Shown: positions 19,644-29,455 of the stretch, in pieces
Position numbering within the stretch: the first letter of the stretch is position 1
How the letters are laid out: every line of letters starts with the position of its first letter
Assembly: GCA_018671245.1 (NCBI GenBank)
Contig: JABHIB010000008.1
Coordinates: 6,284-70,283 of the forward strand
Reading direction: 5' to 3'
Source: an archaeon
Lineage (GTDB): Archaea; Nanobdellota; Nanobdellia; SCGC-AAA011-G17; PNOQ01
Length of the DNA stretch: 64,000 nt
Notes under the pieces: model-generated
Told to the model about the DNA's origin: nothing
Databases searched by the model: none
Seen by the model: the letters and a program-made list of their open reading frames with translations, nothing else
Translations under genes and position numbers: made by a program

Positions 19644-20192
19644 CTATTTTTTTATAAGAAATTCGAAAATATGATTTTGCCTAGTCCTATATGCCGAAGG
19701 ATACCCATTAAATGAAACTGGAGAGAATAATGAAAAATTCTTCAAACTTCTTGGTTTGATAGGGTTTTTGTCAACTATATCACTCCAATTAAGAATTAAT
19801 AACCCCTTTTTTTTTAAAACTTTTGAACAATTTTCTAAGGTTTTCTCAGCACCTTGCACATCATTTAAACCATATCCAAAAATACCAAGTAATAAAATCG
19901 TATCAAAAGATTCTTTAGGAAAGAATTTGTCAACATCTGAAATATCTCCAACTATATGATGTTTGGCACCAAATCTAGCAACAGAAGGATTAATATCTAA
20001 TGTATATAAATCATTTGTCTTCAACAGTTTTGGATAGTTTTCAGTATAGTATTCTACTCCTACTAATAAAACTTTTTTATTTTTTATTTTAGGGAATATC
20101 TTCTTTTCGATAATATATCTTACTTCTAATCTCCACTTCAATACTATTCCCCGAATAAATCTCCTAATTGGATTTTTAAAATTTAATACCAT
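19644..20192 (-). CDS. Hypothetical protein, degenerate class-I methyltransferase-like
   Basis: 182 aa. It has a Rossmann-like pattern VLLVGVEYYT .. TLDIN .. GDISD .. ILLLGIFGYG without a clean GxGxG. Confidence 0.3.
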   Translation of the reverse strand: MVLNFKNPIRRFIRGIVLKWRLEVRYIIEKKIFPKIKNKKVLLVGVEYYTENYPKLLKTNDLYTLDINPSVARFGAKHHIVGDISDVDKFFPKESFDTILLLGIFGYGLNDVQGAEKTLENCSKVLKKKGLLILNWSDIVDKNPIKPRSLKNFSLFSPVSFNGYPSAYRTRQNHIFEFLIKK

Positions 20193-20258
20193 CTTATGAT
20201 TGAATCATATATGAAATAAAGTTTAAATAAGTTTCTTTTTACAAAAAATATAAGTATA

Positions 20259-21038
20259 TCATAATTTAAATTCTGAGATTTTGGCAGATTCATAATTAGA
20301 TAAAGACTTGATTAATTTTTCAAACAATCTAAAATTATCTATATATGCCATAGTTGCAGGATGTAATAACAATACACTAGGAATCCCATTTTTTTCATTA
20401 TTATGTACTCTATCTAGTACTATCCCTAACCACTCTTCAGGATTTATTCTACCTTTTGTACATCCTGCAAAGGGGCTTCTGTTCTCAGTATTTAATATTG
20501 GACCAAATGCAATAGTACTCTGATCCACAGGTATATTTATAGGTATATGAATAATCCCTTTTTCACAAAAAGGTTTTGTACATCCTAACAAATCAGAAAC
20601 ATATTTCACACCATTTTCTTGTAAAATCTCAAAAGTTTTATCACTAGATCCAAAAGCATGGGTCCTCCAAGAACTCATCTTTAATCCGAATTTTTCAAAA
20701 GATATCCTAGTTTTCTTTATATCATTTTTTTGATAAAAACTAGGACCATAAACACAATTAAAGAATTTCCTGTTGATATAACTTTTAAATATATTAAATT
20801 TATTATTTCCAAAGTTATCATAAGTATGTCCGCCAAATTCAACATCAAAATCTAATAATTTTCTGATATCTTTTTCTTCATCATCTAAACAAATACCATT
20901 TACAAAAAGGGTACTTGAAAGTCCATATTTTTTCAAAATTTCTAAATATCTTATTGAAGTTTTTGCATTCGAACCATAACCTTCATGTTCCCAACTAAGC
21001 AAATTTTTTGAATGAACATCGCCAGTTATATAAATCAT
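20259..21038 (-). CDS. Putative polysaccharide deacetylase-like (CE4-like) protein
   Basis: 259 aa. It has ITGDVH, GGHTYDN and LLLHP motifs reminiscent of NodB-type metal sites. The assignment is tentative. Confidence 0.35.
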   Translation of the reverse strand: MIYITGDVHSKNLLSWEHEGYGSNAKTSIRYLEILKKYGLSSTLFVNGICLDDEEKDIRKLLDFDVEFGGHTYDNFGNNKFNIFKSYINRKFFNCVYGPSFYQKNDIKKTRISFEKFGLKMSSWRTHAFGSSDKTFEILQENGVKYVSDLLGCTKPFCEKGIIHIPINIPVDQSTIAFGPILNTENRSPFAGCTKGRINPEEWLGIVLDRVHNNEKNGIPSVLLLHPATMAYIDNFRLFEKLIKSLSNYESAKISEFKL

Positions 21039-21057
21039 TTTAAATATTTCATACCTC

Positions 21058-21858
21058 TCAACTTATATATTTTATCCCTTCTTCTAATGAAACCTTGGGC
21101 ACCCAGGATAATAATTTTTTTGCTTTCGAAATATCTGCATAAATATCACTTTCAACCATAGATAAATCACTAAAATTAACTTTTTTATCTGTAATTTTTT
21201 TAACTAATTCTTTTACACAATAGCTAGTACCTGTTCCAATGTTTATAATATTGAACTTGTTTAAATCCAAACTTTTATCTATAGCATCAACTAAATCATC
21301 AATATAAATATAATCTCGTTTTTGATAAGGATTCCCCAGATTAATTTCAGATTCACCTAATTGAGACAGAATATCAGGAATTAAAAATCCTTCAGTTTGA
21401 TTTGGCCCATAAGGGTTGAATATTCTTAAAATGGTATTATTGACAGAAAAATTATCATAATAAAATTTACACAGCTCCTCGCCCAATTTTTTTGTTATAG
21501 CATAATATGATGAAGGATTTAGATTTGATGTTTCAGTTATAGGAGATTCAATATTCCCATATACTGCAGAAGATGACGCAAAAATCAGATTAGCACCACT
21601 ATTCTTACAAAACTCTAACACATTGAAAGTGCCATTCACATTCACATCAAACATCTCAAAAAGATTATCAGATCTAGTTATGGCAGCCAAATGAATTACA
21701 TAATCAACATCCAAACCTTTGAAACTTTCTGGATTAGTAATATCTCGATTAAATTTTTTATCAAATAAAGTCAAATCATATTTATTTTCAAATTTCTCTA
21801 TCAATCTGCTTCCAACAAATCCCTCAGAACCAGTAATCAATATTTTTTTCACCATCAT
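21058..21858 (-). CDS. NAD-dependent sugar epimerase/dehydratase (short SDR)
   Basis: 266 aa. It has ILITGSEGFVGSRL and YAITK (YxxxK). It has an ATGA-type overlap with the upstream nucleotidyltransferase gene. Confidence 0.7.
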   Translation of the reverse strand: MMVKKILITGSEGFVGSRLIEKFENKYDLTLFDKKFNRDITNPESFKGLDVDYVIHLAAITRSDNLFEMFDVNVNGTFNVLEFCKNSGANLIFASSSAVYGNIESPITETSNLNPSSYYAITKKLGEELCKFYYDNFSVNNTILRIFNPYGPNQTEGFLIPDILSQLGESEINLGNPYQKRDYIYIDDLVDAIDKSLDLNKFNIINIGTGTSYCVKELVKKITDKKVNFSDLSMVESDIYADISKAKKLLSWVPKVSLEEGIKYIS

Positions 21859-22550
21859 TCCTCAAATTGTTTCAACTCTTCATTTTGAACTTTTTTATAA
21901 TCTTCAATACGTCCTATATCTATCCATTTTCCATCATAAGAAAACTTCAAAACATTACCACCTAATTTGATAACCTTTTCAATCAGATCTGGCATATCAT
22001 ATTTTTGATCTTTTGGGATATATTTTAAAACAGAACTATTTAAAATGTAAATTCCTGTACTTATTTCAGAACTTAAAGAAGGTTTTTCTCTCCAACCAAT
22101 AACTTTATTTTCCTCAGTTTTAACCATACCATAATCCAAAGGGATATCTATATTTTTTGTTACAACTGTTATATCTGAAGAATTTTTTTTGTGATATTCT
22201 ATTAACTTTTTGATATCAAGATCGGTTAAAACATCCCCATTCATAACAATAAAATCTCCCTTTAGATTATCTTCTATTAACTTTAATGGACCTACAGTAC
22301 CAAGCGAATTTTCTTCTTTAGAGTATTTTATATCTACTCCAAGATCAGAACCATCTGAAAAGAATATTTCTAAAAGAGAAGACTTATAATTTGTTGCCAA
22401 AATGATTTCATTTATCCCCTGATTTTTTAATTTAGTTAATATAATTTCTAAAATAGGTTTACCATTAATTGGTAAAAGAGGTTTTGGAAAAACATATGTG
22501 TATGGTCTTAATCTCTTCCCTTTTCCACCAACTAAAATAACTGCTTTCAT
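21855..22550 (-). CDS. Sugar-1-phosphate nucleotidylyltransferase
   Basis: 231 aa. It has the MKAVILVGGKGKRLRPYTYVFPKPLLPI signature (G-G-x-G-x-R-L). Confidence 0.8.
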   Translation of the reverse strand: MKAVILVGGKGKRLRPYTYVFPKPLLPINGKPILEIILTKLKNQGINEIILATNYKSSLLEIFFSDGSDLGVDIKYSKEENSLGTVGPLKLIEDNLKGDFIVMNGDVLTDLDIKKLIEYHKKNSSDITVVTKNIDIPLDYGMVKTEENKVIGWREKPSLSSEISTGIYILNSSVLKYIPKDQKYDMPDLIEKVIKLGGNVLKFSYDGKWIDIGRIEDYKKVQNEELKQFEE

Positions 22551-22552
22551 AA

Positions 22553-23542
22553 TTATAAATTATCCCTCTCTGAATCATATCTATTCAAATTTTCACGAAC
22601 ATAAGATATAACTTCAGTTATCCCCTCATTAAGTGAAACAGAAGGTTTCCATCCTATCATATTTCTAGCCTTTTCATTATTACATAACAAAATATCGACT
22701 TCACTTTTTTCAGGCCTTATTTTTTCTTCTATTTCTTCGATAATAAGTTTTTTATCTAACATTATTCCAACTTTCTCAACTAATTCCTGAATGGAAATAG
22801 TTTTTCCATTTCCAATATTTATAATTTCTCCAACACTTTTTTCAGATTCTGCAATTTTAATAAATGCCAAAACTGTATCTCTAACAAATGTCAAATCTCT
22901 TTGAGGAGTTAATGAACCAAGTTTTAATTTATCTTTAGTTAATGCCTGATAAATTATTGCAGGTAAAACTGCCCTCATAGATTGCCTAGGCCCATAGGTA
23001 TTAAATGGCCTAATTATTGCAACTGGTAAATCAAATGATTTGAAGAAACTTTCTGCCAATTTATCTGCAGAAATCTTTGATGCAGAATATGGAGACTGTG
23101 CTTGAAGTGGATGGTTTTCATCCATCGGAGTATATATAGCAGTACCATAAGTTTCAGAAGTTGAAGTAATAATTATTTTTTTTGTATTAAAATTCTTAGC
23201 AGCATTCAAAATGTTTAAAGTGCCAGTTATATTAGTTTCAACAAAATCTCTTGGATCAAGATAAGAATATGGTATCGAAATGAGTGCACCCAAGTGGAAG
23301 ATTACATCAACATCCTTGACAGCCCTCAAGACACTATCATAATTTTTCAAGTCTCCCCTAACAATCTCAATTTTTTTTAATAAATCTGTAGATAAATGTG
23401 ATAACTCCCCAAGATTACCATCAGACGTGTACCTAACAAACACCCTAACATCATAACCTAAATTAACTAACTCTTCAGTTAGATGACTACCAATAAATCC
23501 ACTTGCACCAGTGATTAATAATTTTTTTCCTTCCAAATCCAT
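22553..23542 (-). CDS. NDP-sugar 4,6-dehydratase/decarboxylase-type extended SDR
   Basis: 329 aa. It has LLITGASGFIGSHL, STSETYG and YSASK. Confidence 0.75.
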   Translation of the reverse strand: MDLEGKKLLITGASGFIGSHLTEELVNLGYDVRVFVRYTSDGNLGELSHLSTDLLKKIEIVRGDLKNYDSVLRAVKDVDVIFHLGALISIPYSYLDPRDFVETNITGTLNILNAAKNFNTKKIIITSTSETYGTAIYTPMDENHPLQAQSPYSASKISADKLAESFFKSFDLPVAIIRPFNTYGPRQSMRAVLPAIIYQALTKDKLKLGSLTPQRDLTFVRDTVLAFIKIAESEKSVGEIINIGNGKTISIQELVEKVGIMLDKKLIIEEIEEKIRPEKSEVDILLCNNEKARNMIGWKPSVSLNEGITEVISYVRENLNRYDSERDNL

Positions 23543-23628
23543 GAAACCATTAATAATTCTTATTATTTAAAGATAACTAATCTTAGATTTTTGAAAAAGT
23601 ATATAAATTAATCATTTAATATACATAT

Positions 23629-24663
23629 ATGAAAAAAAGAATTTGTTTTGTTACAACTTATTATGATTTTTCAAGAGCGAGAATGTTAAGATCTTATGAG
23701 AAAATCCTACCAAAAGATGTAGAAATTTACTTAATCTGTCAAAAAGATGAAAAAATAAAGTTTAAAACAACAAGAGTAAAGAAATTTGAATATTCTTCTA
23801 AAAAACCATTAGTAATGTTCGAGTTAAATAAATTTTGTAAAAAAAATAAAATAGATATTTTAACCAATTTATCAGGTGGACCAGCAATGGCACTAACTGT
23901 GGGGATTGGAACAATATTTAATAAAACAAAAAACATATTTTACGACCATGGAAATCCGAAAAAAAAGACTTTACTATCCCTATTGTTCTTTCAATTCATT
24001 TTAGATAAAATATTAGTTTGTTCTCCCGATTTCTTAGATAAAACTAAGAAATATTTATTCTTAAAAAAAAATAGGATTTTTCATCTTTCAATACCTACCA
24101 ATATTGATTTTTTCAAACAAATAGACAAAAAAAAGATAAGAACAGAATTAAATATGAAATTAACAGAGGATATAATAATCTCTGTTGGAAGAATAGAATA
24201 TCAAAAAGGATCAGATTTTCTTTTAAAAATAATGAAAAATAATCCAAAAAAGAAATTTATCCTCGTTAGTAATGATATAGCAACCGAATTTAAAGAAAAA
24301 TTAAAAGAATTGAAAAATTATATTATTTTTTCAAATATTTCAACAAAAGAATTAATTAAATATTACAATGTTGCAGATATATGTATCCTCCTGAGTAGGA
24401 GTGAAGGATTATCATATGTACCTCGGGAATCGATGTCATGTGGAACTCCGTGTATAGTTTCAGAGATAGAATCATTAAGATTGATGGAACCTGCAATAAA
24501 AGTACCTTTTGAAACAGATACTATCCAAAACAAGTTGGATGAATTTTTTAATTTATCAGAAAAAGAAAAAGAAACTTTATCAAAAAAAAGTAGAAAATTT
24601 ATTATTGAAAAATTTTCAGAAGAAACATTAAGAAAAAACCATATAAAATATTTATTAAGCTAA
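23629..24663 (+). CDS. Glycosyltransferase, GT-B fold (family 4-like)
   Basis: 344 aa. It has the C-terminal E-x7-E-type region SRSEGLSYVPRESMSCGTPCIVS. Confidence 0.65.
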   Translation: MKKRICFVTTYYDFSRARMLRSYEKILPKDVEIYLICQKDEKIKFKTTRVKKFEYSSKKPLVMFELNKFCKKNKIDILTNLSGGPAMALTVGIGTIFNKTKNIFYDHGNPKKKTLLSLLFFQFILDKILVCSPDFLDKTKKYLFLKKNRIFHLSIPTNIDFFKQIDKKKIRTELNMKLTEDIIISVGRIEYQKGSDFLLKIMKNNPKKKFILVSNDIATEFKEKLKELKNYIIFSNISTKELIKYYNVADICILLSRSEGLSYVPRESMSCGTPCIVSEIESLRLMEPAIKVPFETDTIQNKLDEFFNLSEKEKETLSKKSRKFIIEKFSEETLRKNHIKYLLS

Positions 24664-24665
24664 CA

Positions 24666-25157
24666 CTATTTTTTAACTTTGAGATCTACTATTATTATTC
24701 CAATAAGACCACCAATAAAAATAGGCAATTTTTCTCTAATAAATTTCGGAAAAATCCTTCCAACAACAGTAGGTTTTAGTTCCAATAATTCAATTTCAAA
24801 TTTTTTCTTTTTTTCCAATCTGACTGTTTCATTTACAAAATGTTTAAAAGTTTCATCAGAGAAATAATGTAAATGTTCCATATCATTATATGACCCTTTA
24901 TTATTGTAATAACTTGTTATAACTCTGATTATAGCACCCTCCTTACAAATCCTATGAAGTTCATGTAAAACTAAATCTGGTTTCTCTAAATGTTCTATAA
25001 TCATCCTCATATAGATATAATCATATGTGTTTGATTTAATTGGATATGGAATTTTATTAAAACTGAAACTATTGGTTAATCTCTCATCAGTTTGAATATC
25101 TATATTGTCCCATCCTTTCTTTATATCCAATCCACAACCAAAATTTAATTTTTTCAT
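24666..25157 (-). CDS. Class I SAM-dependent methyltransferase
   Basis: 163 aa. It has MKKLNFGCGLDIKKGWDNIDI plus MRMIIEHL, the typical Methyltransf_11/23 pattern. Confidence 0.6.
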   Translation of the reverse strand: MKKLNFGCGLDIKKGWDNIDIQTDERLTNSFSFNKIPYPIKSNTYDYIYMRMIIEHLEKPDLVLHELHRICKEGAIIRVITSYYNNKGSYNDMEHLHYFSDETFKHFVNETVRLEKKKKFEIELLELKPTVVGRIFPKFIREKLPIFIGGLIGIIIVDLKVKK

Positions 25158-25214
25158 GAGATGTAAGAAATACCGTTACCTTTTTAAAAATAGGAGTATA
25201 TTATACATTAAATA

Positions 25215-26327
25215 ATGAAATCCAAAAAAAAAATATTGATCCTAGTCCCATTCTCAGCAGGAATATGTGGAGTTTGGCAAAGAGCCAAAATTGAAGCAAT
25301 AGAATTTAAAAAAAGAGGCCATGATGTAAAAATATTTTCTAGTAATGCTACAAAGGGTAGTAAGGAGAAAGCAAATAAAAAAGAATTATATCAGGGAATT
25401 GAAATAAAGAGATTCCCTTACATAAAATTAGGTGGAGAAAGTTACTTTAATTGGAATTTTGAAAAAGATGCTACTCAATTCAATCCAGATATAATAATAG
25501 CCCATAACTATAGGCAGATTCACACAGAAAAAGCATTAAAAATTGCTAAAAAAATAAAAGCAAAATGTTATCTTGTCACACATGCACCATTTATCAAGAA
25601 TAGACCACTAATCCCTAGAATAGTTGTCGCAATTAAAGACCTAATAAATCCATTGAATAAATTCGACAAAGTTATTACTATAAGTAAATGGGAAATACCT
25701 ACATTATTAAGATTAGGGTGTAAACGAGAAAATATAGCCCATATACCTAATGCAATACCTTCAAGATTTTTTTCACAAAAAAAAGAAAAAGAACAAAAAA
25801 AAATATTATATCTTGGAAGAATCCACTCAAGAAAGGATATAGAGATCCTTATGAAAAGTTTCAATAATTCAAATTTAAGAAACACATATGAACTAGAAAT
25901 AGTCGGGCCTAGAGAAGGAAAATATTATGAAACATTAATTAATCTAAAAAATAGACTTAAATTAAAGGCCAATTTTTCAGGGCCGATATTTGATTTAAAG
26001 AAAAAAATAGAAAAGTATGATAGTGCAGAAATATTTGTTCTGCCCTCAAAATTTGAACCATTTGGTATAGTATTTTTAGAAGCTATGGCAAGAAGTAAAG
26101 TAATCGTAGCAACAAATACTCAAGGAGCAAATGAATTGATTGAAAGAAATAAAAGTGGAATAATCTTTCAAATTGGTAATGAGGAGCAATTAAGAAATAT
26201 TTTTAATAATCTATCCACAGATAACTCTAGCAAATTTAAAAAAATTCTGAAGAATGGAGCAAAAGAAAGAGCTAAACAATTCGAGATATCAAAAATAGTT
26301 GACAAATGGGAAAACTTATTTTTTTGA
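25215..26327 (+). CDS. Glycosyltransferase, GT-B fold (family 4-like)
   Basis: 370 aa. It has LPSKFEPFGIVFLEAMARSKVIVATNTQG (E-x7-E motif). Confidence 0.75.
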   Translation: MKSKKKILILVPFSAGICGVWQRAKIEAIEFKKRGHDVKIFSSNATKGSKEKANKKELYQGIEIKRFPYIKLGGESYFNWNFEKDATQFNPDIIIAHNYRQIHTEKALKIAKKIKAKCYLVTHAPFIKNRPLIPRIVVAIKDLINPLNKFDKVITISKWEIPTLLRLGCKRENIAHIPNAIPSRFFSQKKEKEQKKILYLGRIHSRKDIEILMKSFNNSNLRNTYELEIVGPREGKYYETLINLKNRLKLKANFSGPIFDLKKKIEKYDSAEIFVLPSKFEPFGIVFLEAMARSKVIVATNTQGANELIERNKSGIIFQIGNEEQLRNIFNNLSTDNSSKFKKILKNGAKERAKQFEISKIVDKWENLFF

Positions 26328-27038
26328 ATTCTCTGCCTTAGCTAAACTAATTACTGTGGAAGAACTCAAATGATAGAACAATTTTACTAAATTAACATAA
26401 ATCTTACGTCTGGAATATTGGAATAATCCTATCTTACCCTTCTCATGTTTACTTTCATGTTTCGATACATCAAAATCAAATTTATAATTTTGAACATTGA
26501 GAAAATCAGTAAGTTTTTCTAATTCAGAATTTTTTCCACTATTTAATCCCTCTAGAGACAAAACATAAACCTTTGAAAAATATCTCTTGTAGATTCCAAT
26601 ATAGTGATCAAAATTACTATACTCCTTATAATCAGAGTATATTTCATTCCATTTTGACATAGTACTCCAAACAGACTTATTGAAATCTTCTTTATTTCTA
26701 GTAATAAAAATTATTTTTATATCTCCAAGTTCTTTTTTTACTCTCTCAGCACTCGAAATATCCAAGGCAGACAATATTGAAAAATCCATCACTACACCTT
26801 TATTAGTTTTAAAAAAATCATAATACCACTTTTTAGATTTAAAATATCTAGGATTTATTATTTCTGGATTTCCTAAGAAAAAATGATCTTTATTGAAATA
26901 ATTTATTTCTTTTATTTTTGGAATGTAAATCTCAGGATGTTGGGTTAAAAGATGGTATAAAAAAGTTGAACCCGATCTAGGAAATCCTGCAACTAAAACA
27001 TTTGGTTTTTTATATTCATTTGAATCCAATCTAATCAT
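26316..27038 (-). CDS. Sulfotransferase-family protein
   Basis: 240 aa. It has the N-terminal PAPS 5-prime-phosphosulfate binding loop VAGFPRSGSTFLYHLL and later ITRNKEDF (3-prime-PB-like). Confidence 0.6.
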   Translation of the reverse strand: MIRLDSNEYKKPNVLVAGFPRSGSTFLYHLLTQHPEIYIPKIKEINYFNKDHFFLGNPEIINPRYFKSKKWYYDFFKTNKGVVMDFSILSALDISSAERVKKELGDIKIIFITRNKEDFNKSVWSTMSKWNEIYSDYKEYSNFDHYIGIYKRYFSKVYVLSLEGLNSGKNSELEKLTDFLNVQNYKFDFDVSKHESKHEKGKIGLFQYSRRKIYVNLVKLFYHLSSSTVISLAKAENSKK

Positions 27039-27088
27039 TATTAAATGTCAAATCATTTATAAAATAGTCGTATAATGAATCTTATAAA

Positions 27089-27460
27089 TCACTCTGCAGA
27101 AGCATGATTCATCTTTATATCCTTAAATCCACTTCCAGTTTCTTCAGTTATTTGATTTTTTATAGAAACTCTTTGTTGATTGATATTTCTAATTTCTATT
27201 GCCCTTCTTCCAACCTCTTCTAATCCTAATTCATTCTCTTTTCCCTTCCTTATATCTGATTCTAAATCCCATATCTTCCTATTTGTCTCATATAATCTTG
27301 AAAACCATTCATCTTTAATTTTAATGCCCTTTTTTTCAAATTCTTTTATTGCAATTTCATACTCCTTATACTCCTCTTCTAGGTGAGATTCTCCAATTCT
27401 TTCTATTTTCAATTTTACTATAGTCATCCTATCTATTATTTCTGATAAATGCATTTCCAT
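27089..27460 (-). CDS. Hypothetical helical protein
   Basis: 123 aa, charged, predicted helical. The segment NRKIWDLESDIR .. IEIRNINQQR vaguely recalls DUF4254-type proteins. Confidence 0.3.
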   Translation of the reverse strand: MEMHLSEIIDRMTIVKLKIERIGESHLEEEYKEYEIAIKEFEKKGIKIKDEWFSRLYETNRKIWDLESDIRKGKENELGLEEVGRRAIEIRNINQQRVSIKNQITEETGSGFKDIKMNHASAE

Positions 27461-27514
27461 TTTAGTATTAATTGCTATCCAAATATTTAAATATCTTTGT
27501 GTAGTTTAATTATC

Positions 27515-28402
27515 ATGTTAAGTATAATAATAACTTCTTTCAAAGAACCAAATACTATTGGAAAGGCTATAGACTCATTTTTACAACAAAAAACTAATAT
27601 TGACTATGAATTAATTGTTTCTGCTCCAGACAAAGAGACTCAAGAGATTGTTGAGATTTATGCTAAAAAATACAACCAAGTTAGATTGTTCAAGGATCCC
27701 GGAAAAGGGAAAAGTTATGCACTTAATTTATTATTGCCTAAGGTAAGAGGAGATATAATTATTTTGAGTGATGGTGATGTTTATATTGGAGAAAATAGCA
27801 TAGTTCCAATATTAAATGAGTTTAAAGATGAAAATGTTGGATGTGTTACTGGAAAACCTGTTTCCTCAGATTCTCGTAAAAACAAATTTGGATATTGGTC
27901 ACATTTATTATGTCATGCTGCACACAGATTAAGACTGAAAAAAGCAAGAAAAAATGAATTTATCGAATGTTCCGGATATTTGTGGGCATTCAAAAATGGG
28001 ATCATTGATAAATTTCCAAAAGGTGCTGCAGAAGATACAATCATCCCAGTACTATTCTATCTCAAAGGATTTAAAGTTAAATATGCCACTCAATCTAAAG
28101 TATATGTTAAATTTCCAACAAATTTTGAAGATTTTTTAGAACAAAAAAATAGAACTGCAAAAGGGCATGAAAGCCTATACAAGTATGTAGATATAACTAA
28201 AGTACCTAGAATGAAAACATTTAGAAATGAATTTATTGGAGGATTTGAATTATTTAAATTTCCAAAAAATATCAAAGAATTTTGGTGGACATTTTTACTA
28301 TTTCCACTTAGACTATATACTTGGACATCAGTATTCTATCAAACCAAAGTAAAAAAAGAAGAATATAAAGATGGTTGGAAACGTATTGAAAGCACGAAAT
28401 GA
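27515..28402 (+). CDS. Glycosyltransferase family 2
   Basis: It has LSIIITSFKEPNTIG and ILSDGDV (DxD) motifs. The track start is TTG (27497), so I used ATG 27515. Confidence 0.7.
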   Translation: MLSIIITSFKEPNTIGKAIDSFLQQKTNIDYELIVSAPDKETQEIVEIYAKKYNQVRLFKDPGKGKSYALNLLLPKVRGDIIILSDGDVYIGENSIVPILNEFKDENVGCVTGKPVSSDSRKNKFGYWSHLLCHAAHRLRLKKARKNEFIECSGYLWAFKNGIIDKFPKGAAEDTIIPVLFYLKGFKVKYATQSKVYVKFPTNFEDFLEQKNRTAKGHESLYKYVDITKVPRMKTFRNEFIGGFELFKFPKNIKEFWWTFLLFPLRLYTWTSVFYQTKVKKEEYKDGWKRIESTK

Positions 28403-28416
28403 TTGAGACAAAAACC

Positions 28417-29355
28417 TTAATAAATTTTATTGATAAATCTTTTTTTAAGTTTAGGTGATAAAATAATTAACATTAAACCGAGCATAACATAGTTAGCCAA
28501 GATTATAAGGGAATAAACAGAAAGTACAAGAGTTAAATCCACATTCAATTTTGCATAAAGTAATAATACGAAAAACTCCCTAACCCCTACACCATTTGAA
28601 GTTATTGGGACAATTGATGTGAGTATTCCTATTGAAGTTATGAAAAATATGAAAAAGAAGTTAATAGATTGATTAAAAAAGAAATTGAAAAACAAATAAA
28701 AAATACTCGCATTCAATAAAAGTTTGAAAATTGTAATAAACATATTCAAGGATATATGTCTTTTTTTAGTTTTTAGATAATTAAAAAAAGTACTATGAAA
28801 TCCCTTGAAGAAAATAGAATATTTTCTTAAAATAAACTTTCTAATAAACTTTCTAATCCGCCAAGAAGAAAGAACAACGAAAAAAAGTGCAATTAATAAA
28901 ATAAGGATAATTAAAAGTAAAAGAGAATTGAGTACTCCAAAAAAAATCAAAAATCCAATAACTGAAAATATCCCAAGAATGCTTAATGTTATCAATTTGT
29001 CTAATAGGAAAACAGTAGTAGTTTTTTTTGGTGAAACTTTATCTCTTAAAAAATAAACTAAAGAAGACTCACCAAGTTTTCCTGGAACTAGAAAAGACAA
29101 TATCCAACTATAAATATATGAAGAAAATAAAACTCTGAACTTGAGGCTGTTAACAAGTGGACGCAATAAAACTTTTAGATTAATTGCTGCAATTAACATG
29201 TCTAAAAAAACAAATAAAAAAAGGATAATCAAAAACGATATTGGGACAGTCAATAGGACCTCATAAACCTCTGAAAATCCAATTTTATAAAACAATAATG
29301 CTACGATTATGAATCCTATTAATACCCTTAGCGATTTAAACATTCCATTTTTCAT
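28417..29355 (-). CDS. Polytopic membrane protein, LPG-synthase-TM/flippase-like (UPF0104-like)
   Basis: 312 aa with about 8 TMs. The N-terminus LRVLIGFIIVALLFYKIGFSEVYEVL is typical of this family, which commonly accompanies GT2 polyprenyl-phosphate glycosyltransferases. Confidence 0.45.
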   Translation of the reverse strand: MKNGMFKSLRVLIGFIIVALLFYKIGFSEVYEVLLTVPISFLIILFLFVFLDMLIAAINLKVLLRPLVNSLKFRVLFSSYIYSWILSFLVPGKLGESSLVYFLRDKVSPKKTTTVFLLDKLITLSILGIFSVIGFLIFFGVLNSLLLLIILILLIALFFVVLSSWRIRKFIRKFILRKYSIFFKGFHSTFFNYLKTKKRHISLNMFITIFKLLLNASIFYLFFNFFFNQSINFFFIFFITSIGILTSIVPITSNGVGVREFFVLLLYAKLNVDLTLVLSVYSLIILANYVMLGLMLIILSPKLKKRFINKIY

Positions 29356-29455
29356 GATTTAACTATATAAGAACAATTTTTAAACCTTCTTAATAATAAA
29401 TATAACTAGATACAATAAATTTAAAAGTAAACATTAAAACAAGATTATATAAAAA

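Noticed and set aside
25215-25240. Homopolymeric A tracts (A10 at about 25225-25234, A9 near 25795, A8 near 16806) as slipped-strand phase-variation switches in glycosyltransferase genes.
   Set aside because: Poly-A runs encoding Lys-Lys-Lys are frequent throughout this AT-rich window, including in housekeeping genes. They are therefore not specific evidence for phase variation.
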